A DNA stretch of 63,190 bases, filler included, from Octopus bimaculoides (taxonomy: Eukaryota): assembly GCF_001194135.2 (NCBI RefSeq). It is 6 parts of 6 records of this genome, joined end to end, with 100 filler letters (N's around TTAATTAATTAA, not from the genome) between each part and the next. Parts side by side here need not be neighbours in the genome. Positions count along the whole stretch, not along the records: positions 22,994 to 42,880 come from NC_068985.1; 5 more parts are not named here. One strand, given 5' to 3'. Positions 22,894 to 35,949 of this stretch are shown one piece after another. Below the pieces are notes generated by a model. The model was not told the DNA's origin, ran no database searches, and saw nothing but the letters and a program-made list of their open reading frames with translations. Positions within the stretch are counted from its first letter, which is position 1. Each line of letters begins with the position of its first letter. The position numbers and the translations under genes were made by a program.

Positions 22894-23192
22894 NNNNNNN
22901 NNNNNNNNNNNNNNNNNNNNNNNNNNNNNNNNNNNNNTTAATTAATTAANNNNNNNNNNNNNNNNNNNNNNNNNNNNNNNNNNNNNNNNNNNNCAGGTAA
23001 GTCTTTTTCTGTAATGCTGTATTTGTACAGTATTTTTGTTTTCTTCTTGTTACTTAGTAGTGTTGATTGTTTACTAATTTCGTTGAGAATCGATAAATCT
23101 TTTCTCTTTTTTTAAATTTTGTTCTGGATGTTATTTATCCACAAGGTCTGTTTGGGTGGTAGAACTCCTGTTCGGATGGGTTTGAGTGAGTA

Positions 23193-23262
<70 letters not shown>

Positions 23263-24230
23263 GCTTGTGTTAGTATGTGTGTGTGTGTATGAGTGTGTCT
23301 GTTTAACTATCTGATGACGTCTGTTTCAACTTCTCGGCCTATAGAGTGCACCTAATAATTATAGTGTAATGTCATGTGCTACAGATTGCGAAATATATCT
23401 ATGTATCTATCAATACAGGTATATGTAGACACGTATATACACATGTAGATATATACATATATATGCATACATGTGTGTGTGTGTTTGTGTGTATGTGTAC
23501 ATCAAAATAAGTAGCCGGATGTCAACTAGTAATGCAATACGACCATTTCAGGCGGCTTCATTTAATTGAACAATGCAATCATTTCATCAATTTAAATACA
23601 GCACTATCTTCAGCTGCACAAAATACGGATTTTCAATAGACAAGCCATATTAATATAATCTTTAAAAAAATATTTTAACAGAGCAAGAGGATAATACCGG
23701 ACTGACTTGGTCCTTCAATTTAAGTACCTAATTCAACTGAATAGTAATTACGCTATATATATAAATTTCAAATGTCAGTGTTCATATTCACTCAACATAT
23801 TTCAAAGCATCGGAATACTTCACAGCATACATAGGTGCATTCATATACATAAGATATAATATAAAAATTTATAGATATATAAATATATGAAAATACATAA
23901 ATGTACTTGCGAGGTTGTATGTTCGTATTAAAATCAATGGGGATATTAAAGTATGCGGATGGTGAATGTATGGCGGTAATCCAAATAGATAAAAAAGTTG
24001 GTATAAAATGATCTTAAAGGAATCTTGAGCAGGTGCAAAGTCTGACGGCCGTTTCGAGAAGAGATCGGTTGATATGGGCAAGTTAATTCCAAGCGTAACA
24101 ATCATCTATGTTTCTCTCATCAGAATTAATATAAGGAGCAGCATGAGAAATTTAAGAATTTTTAATATATAAATATATACATAAATATAAATATCACATT
24201 TATAAATCTCCCAGAGAGATTTATGCACGA

Positions 24231-24875
24231 TAAAGTGTTGGATTGTTGCCACTTAATGTGGCAGTCCCAGGAAAGGGAAGAATGTTACTGTTATTTAGCC
24301 CCAGGAAACAATTTCTAGTTGGCTACGCGACACAAGCGTTCTGTGCCCTTAAGTTTTCAAGAAGGGCAATTATCCTGAAATTAGTCTCTGGATGCTGGCT
24401 TTGTTGGGAGGTGGTGCTTTCTAGCCAACCAGAAACGGTGTTTCTTGGGGCTAAATAACATTAACATTCTTCCCTTTCCTGGGACTGCCACATTAAATAG
24501 GCAACAAGACATCACTTTATCGTGCTGTTACTGCATAACTCTCTCTGAGAGATTTAGAAATGTGATATCTCTAATTTTGAAGATCAGTGAATGTATTTCT
24601 CTTGAAATTCTTTTTTTTTTCAACAGCGGTTTAGCAGCGACATCTACCAGAGCCAAGATACTCCAGACTGATGAAGGGCAATTACCTTGAAACTAGTCTC
24701 TCGGTGCTGGCTTTGTTGGGTGGAGGTGCTTATCTCCCCTGTTTGAAAACTTAAGGACACAGAACGCTTGTTTCGCGTAGCCGACTAGAAACAGTGTTTC
24801 TTGGAGCTAAATAACAGCAACATTTTTCCCTTTCCTGGGACTGCCACATTAAGTTGGCAACAAGCCATCACTTTA
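24231..24875 (+). mobile_element. Two partial tandem copies of a long-TIR fold-back element with a central hammerhead
   Basis: Copy A (24231-24519) has inverted arms of about 85 bp. Copy B (about 24640-24875) has a right arm of about 130 bp that is the reverse complement of the left arm at 24231-24360. Both share the core segment gaagggcaatta..gaaa.tagtctct. Confidence 0.85.
24663..24704 (+). ncRNA. Minimal type I hammerhead ribozyme motif, intact core
   Basis: CCAGA / CTGATGA / AGGG-caatta-CCTT / GAAAC-ta-GTC / TCTcGG. Stem III is the palindrome ACTAGT, GUC triplet, predicted cleavage after 24698. Copy A has TCCT and TCTGG at the same positions, which completes the pairing. Confidence 0.8.
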
Positions 24876-25685
24876 TGTATATATATTGTATAGATGCAAA
24901 TTTTATACAGCTATAAGCGTATCCATGTTAACATTTGTACATACAGTAATACACACACACACACACACACATATATATACATATATATATATATATGTGT
25001 GTGTGTGTATAGATAGATACATGCATATATATGTANNNNNNNNNNNNNNNNNNNNNNNNNNNNNNNNNNNNNNNNNNNNNNNNNNNNNNNNNNNNNNNNN
25101 NNNNNNNNNNNNNNNNNNNNNNNNNNNNNNNNNNNNNNNNNNNNNNNNNNNNNNNNNNNNNNNNNNNNNNNNNNNNNNNNNNNNNNNNNNNNNNNNNTAT
25201 ATATATATATATATATATAGATAGATAGATAGATAGATACGTGTACGTGCGTATGTGTGTATACATGTGAGAGAGAGAGAAAGATGGGAAGAGAGAAATA
25301 GAGGGGGAGAGAGGAAGAGGGATTCTTATGCTTCGATGTGTAATATGTTGTCTGGTGTCACTGAACTTTTTCTGTCTTTTTGTCCTGAATTAAAATGGAG
25401 TAAATAGGGTGACAAATGTTAAGGCTGTCTCACCAACAACTGGTAAATACACTCACAAGCAAATATGCATACAGTACATATATGCATCCGGACACGTATC
25501 CAATCCGTGCACAGATATATCTGCTAAACAAACGTATATATGCACAAACATGTTCCAGCGTGTCTGCATGTATATAGGTTGATCTTTGCGTTTGTATGTA
25601 TAGACTCACTATGTATATATATATATAGACGCACATACAGAGCCATATACACTACACATACATGCATGCATACACACACGCACGC

Positions 25686-25767
<82 letters not shown>

Positions 25768-25829
25768 TGTACATATGTACGCATATGTCTGTACGGATAT
25801 AGCTGTAAGTATGTTGAAGAGTTTGAGTA

Positions 25830-26014
25830 TGTAAGTTTGCTTGTGCGGTAAGAAGCCTGCCTCCCAAACATAAGGTTCCTGATTCAGTCCCACAGCGTGG
25901 AACCTTGGGCAAGTGTCTTCTACTATAGCCTCGGGCCGACCATAGCCTTGTGAATGGGTTTGGTAGACGGAAACTGAAAGAAGCCTGCTGTATATATGTA
26001 TGTATGTGTGTGTG

Positions 26015-26056
<42 letters not shown>

Positions 26057-26280
26057 TGTATCTGTATCTTTGTGTCTGTGTTTGTCCTCCCGTAACCGCT
26101 AGAAACCGGTGTTGGTGTGTTTACGTCACTGTGTTTTAGCGGTTCGGCAAAAGAGACTAATAAAATAAGTATCAGTAAATACTGTAGTTGATTCATTCGA
26201 CTAAATATTTAAGGTGGTGCTCCAGCATGGCTGCAGTCTAATAACTGTAACAAGTACAAGGTAGAAGATATGTACATACA
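25830..26280 (+). mobile_element. SINE family A, full length with an internal microsatellite
   Basis: Head, CORE-like ccttgggcaagtgtcttct, (TG/TA)n tract, then tail ..gcggttcggcaaaagagac..ggtggtgctccagcatgg. Confidence 0.88.
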
Positions 26281-26350
26281 GATATGCATATATATGTGTG
26301 TTTATGTACACACACACACACACACACACACACGCACGCACACACACACA

Positions 26351-26385
<35 letters not shown>

Positions 26386-26400
26386 ACACATACGCATATA

Positions 26401-26963
26401 CAGGGTTTGGACAAAATAATGGAAACACCTCAAAATTTTTAATAAATTAATTTTAATATGGGGGTAGGATCGCCTTTGTGGAAACTGGGTTTTCGAGGTG
26501 GTCGTTAAGCTCTGCTGTAATTTTGGGAGCTGTACTTTTGTGACCCATTCTAACAATTCGCGTAAGAGTCCGACAGTCTCTATCTGAACATTTTTGGTAT
26601 TCTTCCGGAGTCTTGTTTCAACCAGGAGGTTTTTCCCTCTTTCTCAAAGGCTGTCATTACTTTCGAGACAGTACTTTTTGATACACCAAACGTTTCGGTT
26701 GTTTTCGTTTCGCTAGTGCCTGCTATACGAGCACCAACAATCTGACCTCTTTAAAAGTCCGATAGGTCTGTCATTTCAATGAATCTTAATTACCTTTTTC
26801 TGATGGTATCTGAAAAGAAACACCAATTTTAGCAAAACATATTAAGCAACACTAATAATAAATCAAGAAACATAAAAATAAACAAGCTTTTGACGGTTTT
26901 ATAGATACTTTAAAATTGTGATGCTATGGTGCTAGGTGTTTCCATTATTTTGTCCAACCCCTG
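26401..26963 (-). mobile_element. Tc1-like internal-deletion derivative of 563 bp with both TIRs and TA flanks
   Basis: 30-bp TIR CAGGG(T/G)TTGGACAAAATAATGGAAACACCT, 29/30 identical, with TA on both sides. The minus strand encodes a transposase N-terminus MTDLSDF.RGQIVGARIAGTSETKTTETFGVSKSTVSKVMTAFEKEG..KITAELNDHLENPVSTK. Confidence 0.92.
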
Positions 26964-26995
26964 TATATATATATAGAGAGAGAGAGAGAGACAGG

Positions 26996-27018
26996 CAGAC
27001 AGATAGATAAATAAATAA

Positions 27019-27078
<60 letters not shown>

Positions 27079-27079
27079 G

Positions 27080-27173
<94 letters not shown>

Positions 27174-27175
27174 CA
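26996..27175. repeat. (AGAT)n microsatellite
   Basis: Directly visible. Confidence 0.98.
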
Positions 27176-29269
27176 TTAGTAATGACTATGAGTGTGTTCG
27201 CCCTCAAAATTTATTTGCTATTATTTTACAATTTCATACAGCATACACGTGTCGGTCATTATACTATACTGTATAAAATTGTAAATTAAAAGAAAATCGA
27301 ATTTGATGGTGAACACGTCTCCTTACTCCTAATAATTATTACTAATATATACTCCAGACAATATTGCCGTCCAGCGAAGCGAAACAGGAATTAACCATCG
27401 GAGGAATTCACAGAGTGACTGGTAACTAATAGCAGTTACGGACGTTAAATATTGATCAATATGGTTAGTCGCAAACTGGAGAGAGCGAGAGAATGAGAGA
27501 GAAACATGGTTAAATTTGGAAACGGATAGAAAGAGATGTTTTCGGTGTTGGTAGCAATAGAAATGACACTTGTGATATTAGTGGCTGGAGTGCTGGCATT
27601 GATAGTAATGGTAAATGTCTGGTTCTGGCGATAGTAGTGTTCGTGGTGACGGTGGTAAGGATCTTGTGAGTAGAAGTGGCGGGTGGCTCTGATGCTAATA
27701 GTGGCAGTGGTGATAACGGTAGTGATCCAGAGGTTGATGGCTGTAGCGATGGTGTTGGTGGCGGTGGTGGTTGTCATCGTTTTAATGGAAGTGATGGTAT
27801 TAGTAGTAGTGACAGTTGTAACAGTGGTGGTGGCGACGGTAGTGGTGGAAGTGATAAAACTATTTGAAATATCTGCTGATTCAGAAGGGGTTGTGTGTTT
27901 TTAATCTAAAGGTGTTCACTATCTGATCAATGGCGGAGATATGGAAATGACGAAATGCAAAAACGAGAGTTCGGAATCTCAGTGGGAAATGCTGTTTCAA
28001 CAGCACATCGAGCAAGTGACAAAGATAAGAATGATATTGTTCAGCTTGTTTGGAATCTTGTTTGACATTTAGTTTTATAACGGTTACTAATTTGTTTGGA
28101 GGGAAATGGTGTGGCGTATTTTGGAAGCAACGGAAAAACCTAGTCAGACATGTTTTCTGTCACAAGTCAATCATTTCTTTCTTTTTTTGCCCTTCCGTCT
28201 GACATCTCATGTTCTTCCTTTTCGTCTTATCAACCATTCTTTCTTCTTTCTCTTATTTGTCAGTTGTTCTTTTTGGCTTATTTTTCTTTTACACTTCGAC
28301 TTACATTTCACTCTTTCTCTGTTTATTTTCCGTTCTTCCTCATTCCTCGACATATCCTTCACTCTTTCTATTGTTTCTATATTTATCTTCTGCTTCTAAT
28401 TTTACTTTCACTATCAAATATCCCCCCTCCCTTTTCTCTCGCTGACAGCTTTTCATTTTCCTTACATCCCCATTTTCAATATTGCTCTCCTTCTTACTCT
28501 TCATACTACTATTCCGATATACATAAAAGCGCATACGTCTATACAGCGCAAATAACGCTTTCTTTCTTTCTTTCNNNNNNNNNNNNNNNNNNNNNNNNNN
28601 NNNNNNNNNNNNNNNNNNNNNNNNNNNNNNNNNNNNNNNNNNNNNNNNNNNNNNNNNNNNNNNNNNNNNNNNNNNNNNNNNNNNNNNNNNNNNNNNNNNN
28701 NNNNNNNNNNNNNNNNNNNNNNNNNNNNNNNNNNNNNNNNNNNNNNNNNNNNNNNNNNNNNNNNNNNNNNNNNNNNNNNNNNNNNNNNNNNNNNNNNNNN
28801 NNNNNNNNNNNNNNNNNNNNNNNNNNNNNNNNNNNNNNNNNNNNNNNNNNNNNNNNNNNNNNNNNNNNNNNNNNNNNNNNNNNNNNNNNNNNNNNNNNNN
28901 NNNNNNNNNCAAACAAACAAACAAACAGAGAATCGAGACATGCTACATAAAGAGTCTATCCCTTCGTCAGTTGTCCCTGTCCATCTACTCCGCGTTTCGA
29001 AGGCAAGGAAAATACGCGACTTCGTTGGAACAGTCCTTCCCGTAAAGCAAAGTAAATAAAATTTGGAATTTTTTTTTGCGGACGGTGAAAGTGCTAACAA
29101 GAACAGGACAGTGAGAACAAGACAGTAAAAACAATACTGTAAAAACAATAAAAACAGTTTAAAAAAAGTAAAAACAAGACAGAAAAACAAACGGTGTGGG
29201 CTGTTGGACCAAGACGATCGAAAATTATGAACGCTAAGTAGGAGAGACAGAAAAATCACGTCTGTTCTT

Positions 29270-29452
29270 TAGGAAGACCAGGTTCGAAATTTCCCCAAGA
29301 CACCTGATGAAGGCTTGAGGGTATATCAGCCGAAACGTTGTGCTAACAACAAACAAGATGTGGACAAATATCCGTCAAATGTAAATAATGTAAATAATGT
29401 ACATAATTCCCCATCTCTTAAATATAGAAAGATATTGTTATATTTCGGGATA
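29270..29452 (+). mobile_element. Hammerhead-SINE body, dispersed copy
   Basis: Homologous to 21690-21850 (ccaggttcgaaatttccccaagacacctgatg...ctcttaaatatagaa). Confidence 0.8.
29299..29344 (+). ncRNA. Minimal type I hammerhead motif, intact core, weakened stems
   Basis: GACAC / CTGATGA-A / GGCTT..CAGCC / GAAAC-GTT / GTGCT. One mismatch each in stems I and II. Confidence 0.6.
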
Positions 29453-29661
29453 GTCATTTTTTTTTCGCAAATAGTGCGTGCTCATTTGGTAACAAAAACC
29501 AAGCAAAAGAAGTCCATCCTGAAATATAACAATATATGTACATATAAATNNNNNNNNNNCTTCCCAATTGGCGGTGGCCGCAAAAAAGTTTTCTTGCGTA
29601 GAATTAGGGACAAGAACAAACAAAACGCACATACACACACATGCATACACACACACGCACA

Positions 29662-29698
<37 letters not shown>

Positions 29699-29935
29699 GC
29701 ATACATACGGTCACATTACTCTTGCTGATGTTGTTATTGTTGTTATTGAAGCTGTTGTTGTGGCTGTGTTGTTTTGCTGATGACAATTTCGCCAGACGTT
29801 TTAGCCTAAGATGTTGCGATGTGTACCACCGGAATGTGATATTTTATTTCATTTCTTTAACTTATGAGTTCCACATTATTACAGATCATGTTCCAGATGT
29901 GTGCTGTGGAATGAAGAGGTGGTCAGTAAACTCAC

Positions 29936-30036
29936 CAGATGACCTGACATGACACATGTATCTATAACTTCGTTCCAATGTCAGCTCCAATGGTCCCAGC
30001 CGTGTCCATCTGATGGATTCGAATTTCCCATGAGGT
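29936..30036 (-). CDS. Candidate internal exon of 101 nt from an unidentified gene
   Basis: Acceptor gtctcttctttag and donor CTG/gtgagt. Only one frame is open: xPHGKFESIRWTRLGPLELTLERSYRYMCHVRSS. No recognised homology. Confidence 0.3.
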
Positions 30037-30244
30037 CTAAAGAAGAGACTTTCACATTGAATTCATACCACTATTCAGAATGTTTGCCTCTCTGTAAACA
30101 CATATCCCAATCGTTATATCAACCAATCCTTCTCCTTCACTTCTTACACTGCCTTGTTCACATATCCCCCTCTTTCTTTGCCTTCTTTGCCTTCTTTCTT
30201 CCTTTCTTTCTTTCCTTCTTTCTTTCTTTCTTTCTTTTTTTCAT

Positions 30245-30276
<32 letters not shown>

Positions 30277-30570
30277 TATTTCGTAATCATCATTGCCATC
30301 ATCTACGCCATCTGTCTCCGTTGTCTCCGTTGTCGACGTTGTCGTTCACGTTGGCTTCCTTATCATCAGCATATTCGTCATCAGCATCATCATTATCGTC
30401 CAAGTCAACAATACCTCCATTTGGCATTGCGCTCTTCCTCCTTACCATCATGTCGTCGTCGCCATCATCACCACAGCCACCACCACCACCACTACCACCA
30501 CCACCACCACCACCGCCGTAACTATGTCATAACTGTGATAATGATGACAATGCTTAACAGTATTTTAGTC

Positions 30571-30703
30571 ATTCTTCTTCTTCTTCTTCTTCTTCTTCTT
30601 CTTCTTCTTCTTCTTCTTCTTCTTCTTCTTCTTCTTCTTCTTCTTCTTCTTCTTCTTCTTCTTCTCCTTCTTCTTCCGCCGCCGCCGCCGCTGCTGCTGT
30701 TGA

Positions 30704-30751
<48 letters not shown>

Positions 30752-30774
30752 AGCTGCTGCTGCTGCTCCTCCTG

Positions 30775-30815
<41 letters not shown>
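30571..30815. repeat. Compound (CTT)n-(CTA)n microsatellite
   Basis: Directly visible. Confidence 0.97.
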
Positions 30816-30816
<1 letters not shown>

Positions 30817-31236
30817 TTTCCCTCTCCTCTTCCTCCTCTTCTTCGTCCACCTCTTCCTGCTGCTCCCCCTCCTCGTCCGTCACCGACATCACTGCCATCG
30901 TCGTCATCATCATAATCATCAAATAAAGTCCGTTTATCGTTTAAAATGTACTAACATAACTGGATGTTTCAATATTTAAACCAACCACGTGAAACAAATA
31001 TGTTTTTCGCAGTTGACGATCAGACAAAATTCTCTGTGCAGTGTGTAAATGATGATGATGATGATGATGATGATGATAATAGTAATAGTAACAATAATAT
31101 TTTTAATAATGAAACAAAACTATTTTTATAACATTGCTGAAAATATTTATGTTTGTGATTAATAAAATTTTGACAACTCGTATTAAAGATGAGTTCAATA
31201 ATGAAAAATGAGGCATTTCTTTAACGTATCAATATC

Positions 31237-31285
<49 letters not shown>

Positions 31286-32410
31286 TTCATTTTATTTCAT
31301 TTTTATTTTATTTCTTGCAGATTATAACAATATTATGATATAAATCAAAGCCGTAAAGTTTGCTGATCAACCAAATAGCTTTTAAAGCAAATAGAGCCAA
31401 AAAAAAAAAAATATCCGTTCCAAAAGAAGACTTGTGAAATTACAGAGAAAGAAAAGCGAGACGCGCTCTTAATAGATATTATGAAGATTAGTAGCCGAAA
31501 CACTCGCATGTACGGTTTCATACTAGCATAATGTGTGTGGTGGTGGCGGTGGTGATGGTGGATAGTGGAATGATAAGGCGCATTTAAGCTTTGAATGACA
31601 ATTTCAATTGTATGTTACGTGAGGCAGAATATGCGATACTATATCACGCCGGACAGTCAAGATTTTTCTCATTCTCATCTCATTCTATTTTACTCCATCC
31701 TCGCACAAACCCCTTAACACTACTCACTACAACAAACAGCATCCACCACCACCACCACTACTCCCACACCTCCTCTTTACCATTACAGATAATCGTAGCA
31801 ATCGTGGACAGTTGAAATAAAGCACTGCCTCTTCTACGAATCTTGTCGTATACAATTCTTTGAAAAGCCAAAATCTTTTTTACTACAAGTGTATCATTGG
31901 AGTCAATAGCTGTTATTTGGCGGGAAACACATTTCATTGTCTAACTTCCATCTTTTATTCATGTGTTCTCTTGCAATTCTAATAGTCCACCCTATTCTCT
32001 ATTTACTATCCGTCGCAGGACTCGAGCATAACCTTGAGTTCTTTCTCTTCGTTTTGTCTGGGGGTTTTTCTTGTTTTGTGATTAAACTCTCTTGGTTTTA
32101 TTGTAGTCGCTTATTTCTCTTGGAATTTTTGCATTGTTTCGTTATGGCGTTGCGTATCGTCTCCTTCCTCGTTTTGTTGTTGTGGATATTGTCTTTCTGT
32201 CTCACTCTGTCACTCTGTCTCTTTGTATGTGCGTGTATCTGTGTGCATCTATCTGCTTATGTGTAGATACATACATACATACATACATACATGTACGAAC
32301 GTACGTACGTACGTACGTATGTATGTATAAACATGCATCCATATATGTAAGTATACATACACATACACGCACACACACACATATATATTTTATATATATA
32401 TGTATATATA

Positions 32411-32453
<43 letters not shown>

Positions 32454-33514
32454 TATATATATATACGTATGTATACGTACACACACATATATATAGACGT
32501 GCATACATATATGTACACACGTAGAAGAACGAGGGGAAAGATTAGGAATAAAGGACATGAATATCTATATATATAGTTATATAAATAGCTATGTATATGT
32601 AAATTTCTACACACACACACCCGGACTCATACACAAACACACACAGGTATATAGACACGTATAAACAAACTCACTCATATATATGTATATGTATATGTAA
32701 CTTGTTCGCTAGCTCGCACTTTCACCTATTAACACATAGCTTGCCTGAATGAACTGAGAGAAGTAGAAAAAAAATATGCGGAGTGGGGCGGCGGAGATGC
32801 AGTTAGCCATATGTGTGGGGGACCGATCAGGAGTGATTAAGCATTATACAAGTATTATAGGAAAATGGTTGCTTTTGTCGTTTCGTAGTTAATAAGTGCT
32901 GACTGACTCTCTGCTGAGTTTATCAGTAAGGAATCCGAGGAAACGAAACAAGGGGTTGAAGAATGAAGATTTGTAACAAAGGATATTATCCATGTTTCAC
33001 AAATTTAATACCACCACCTTTCAGTGGAAACCCAAATGCGAAGAAGGACAATGAAGAGAATGATAAATTCGAAACCTCCCCACCCCAAAAAAAAAAAATA
33101 ATAATAAATAAAGTAAATGGGGAGAAAAACAATATGAAATGAAATAAAATGAAATAAAATAAAATAAAATAATATAATGGTTAGAAAAGGAAAAATAGGA
33201 GAAAATATCAAATAAGAGAGTAGAAGGAAAAGTGAAAATGTCTGGAGGCACACGTAACAATAATAAGGGAACATTTGTGGCATTATCACTAACAATGAAG
33301 TGTGACAATATTAGCAACGATAACAAGAACTTTAGCAACGACACCAGCAATAGCAACAACAACACCAACATGAACAATTTTAGCGACAACAGGACTAACA
33401 ATAACAACAACAAATCCAACAACAACAACAACAATACTGTTCCAGTCAACACTTACGAAAATAACACTAACAGCAACATTGCTATTCGTAATAATTACGA
33501 CTGCAAAAACAGTA

Positions 33515-33529
33515 GCAAGTAGTAGTAGC

Positions 33530-33574
<45 letters not shown>

Positions 33575-33821
33575 GGTGGTGGTGGTGGTGGTGGTGGTGG
33601 TGGTGGTGGTAGTAGTAGTAGTAGTAGCAGTAGTAGCAGTAATAGTAGTAGTGGTGGTTGTAGTAGTAGTAGTGCCGGTGTCGGCGTTGGTGATAGTAGT
33701 AGTATTAGCGGTGGTGTTGGTGTTGGTAGTAATAGTAGTAGTAGTAGTAATAATAGCAGTAGTGTTGGTGTTGGTGGTGGTAGTAGTACTATTAATAGTA
33801 GAAGTAGTAGTGTTGGTGTTG

Positions 33822-33860
<39 letters not shown>
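33515..33860. repeat. Compound (GTA)n/(GGT)n low-complexity tract
   Basis: Directly visible. Confidence 0.97.
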
Positions 33861-33861
<1 letters not shown>

Positions 33862-34257
33862 GTGCAGTACCAGCAGCAACAATGCAGCAATACGTAATAA
33901 ACATGTGAGTTTCGAACATAGACCTCCACCATCATCATCATCGTCACCACCGGCGTCATCTTCGTCATCATCGCCATTCACGCCCTCACCGTACCACCAC
34001 AAACACTAAACCACTATCATCATCGTCGTCACCATCCTTGACTTCCTCCTCCTCCTATAATCATCATCATCATCATATTCATCATTAGTTGTTTGAGATT
34101 AAGCAACAAAAGTAGGAGATAACCCAATTACCGCTAGAGCTGAGAGTAACCTCTGAAGTCCAGATTTAATAGAGATATATCGCTACATTCACCCAGATCC
34201 AATATGCAGTTTGATATACTCATGCTACTCACTTATAGCTAATAGGGTGTATGTACT

Positions 34258-34388
34258 CCAATCCACTCCGAAAGGATGAAAGGCAAAGTCAACGGGGGTG
34301 GAATTTGAACTCAGAATGTAGTGACAAGGTGAAATACCGCTAAGCATTTAGTCCAGCGTGTTAACTATTCTGCCAACTCTCCGCCTTC
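34258..34388 (-). mobile_element. SINE family B fragment
   Basis: ccgaaaggatgaaaggcaaagtcaac..ggaatttgaactcagaa. Confidence 0.82.
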
Positions 34389-34415
34389 AATAACAACATC
34401 GACAAAAATAATGCA

Positions 34416-34448
<33 letters not shown>

Positions 34449-35134
34449 AAACAACAACAACACTAACAATAACAGAAAGAGCAATAGTTACAGCAACAGT
34501 AATAACGACCATAAACACAGCAGCTTTATAATAAGTACTGGACTCGATTTGATCGACTAAACCTTTCAAGTCAGTGTCCCATCATGGCTGTAGTTCAAGG
34601 GTAAAAACAAAAAGAAGAATAATAAAAGAATGCCTATGCATGCTTTTTTTGTTTTTGTTTTTGGCTGTATAATGGAGGTAATCTGCAATGGGTATTGGAA
34701 CCGTGTGTACTGGTTTGCTTAATTAAATGATAGATTATTTGCCAACACTAAACAACGACATAAATAATGGGTTGTTTCTGTGGATTAGAAGGCCGTAAAT
34801 ACTCGGCTTGTTTGCTACTACTACTACTACTACTACAACTGCTGCCATTACTACTACTAACCTTCAACTGCTGTTGTTACTACTACTACTACTATAAACT
34901 TTCATGAATATGCGCTTCAGAAAGTCGACCTCGATTCTGAATAGCCAACTCTTTAACATCAAGAGTAAGTAATGCAGGATTTGATCGGAAAACCAAATTT
35001 TACTAGGAACGGTGGTAGAACCTGATTAGTTCCTCTATCCTGTATGCCTTTAATAATCATCTCTAAATTTGCCATTAAATCACAGGAGTCTTGAGAAGTT
35101 TAGGTATAGTTGATTTAAGTGAAATCCGTATTTA

Positions 35135-35502
35135 AATGGTACATTATTTTATCGACGTGGAAAAGATGAAATGAGAAGTTGACCTCGGCTAAATTCGAAC
35201 TCCAAACCCTGATGTTGCACAAACAACTATCATTCAGTATTCAGTTTAGCATCTTACCAGTTGTGCCAATCCTTCTGTCTTTTTACAAGTCTTGAAAATA
35301 TGATACGAAATAGATATTCTTTTCTCCTCTAAGCACAAAGCCCGAAATTCTTTTTGGGTGGGGGACAGTGGATTAGACCGACCCAGTATGCAACTAGTAC
35401 TTAATTAAGCGACCTCGAAAGGATGAAAGGCAAAGTCGACCTCGGCTGAATTTGAACTCAGAACGTAAAGACAGACGAAATACCGCTAAGCATTTCGCCC
35501 GG
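35135..35502 (-). mobile_element. Two adjacent SINE family B copies, one decayed
   Basis: About 35135-35275 is decayed; 35322-35502 is well conserved. Confidence 0.8.
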
Positions 35503-35949
35503 GACACGAAATAGATATTGGACTGGAACTCTGCAGACATCAGGATGACAGTGCACATCTGGGAAAGAACTGTGGACTAGCGGTGATTACTGTCAATGAT
35601 GTAATTCATCAGAGATTTTTTTCTGTGTCCCCTTGTTCTTCTAGAGTAGTTGTAAACTAAGAAACAATTCATTCCAGCATCTTCTACGTCTCGTTTTCCT
35701 GAGAGGGTCGTGAGAATCCATGCGCGCCTCTTTCATAAGGTCCAATCAAAAGCAACCGTCATTACACTTTCTAGCTGAATTCCCAAACGTGACTCTACGG
35801 ATATTAACCAACATCTCATTTTAGGTCTACTCTCAGGCCTCTTGCTGGTTGCCTCGCCTTCAAGAATTTATCTTGCTATTTTTTCCTGCGACGTTTTAAT
35901 TGCAGATTCGTAGTACCGGAGCCTTTACTTCTCAATGTAAGGTAACAAC

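Noticed and set aside
24108-24125. Minus-strand CTGATGA-GA-GAAAC
   Set aside because: There is no room for stem II.
27910-29060. Complex stretches at about 27910-28060 and 28930-29050 as possible exons
   Set aside because: No consistent acceptor/donor pair with a single open frame, and no recognisable peptide.
31311-31345. Strong plus-strand splice acceptor tttcttgcag
   Set aside because: All frames stop within about 25 nt, no donor or partner exon was identified, and the pyrimidine tract derives from a decayed (ATT)n repeat.
33289-34009. Long Ser/Gly, Thr, Val and Leu-rich ORFs (also 27445-27904 and 30154-30922)
   Set aside because: They are translations of trinucleotide tracts that lack stop codons in several frames.
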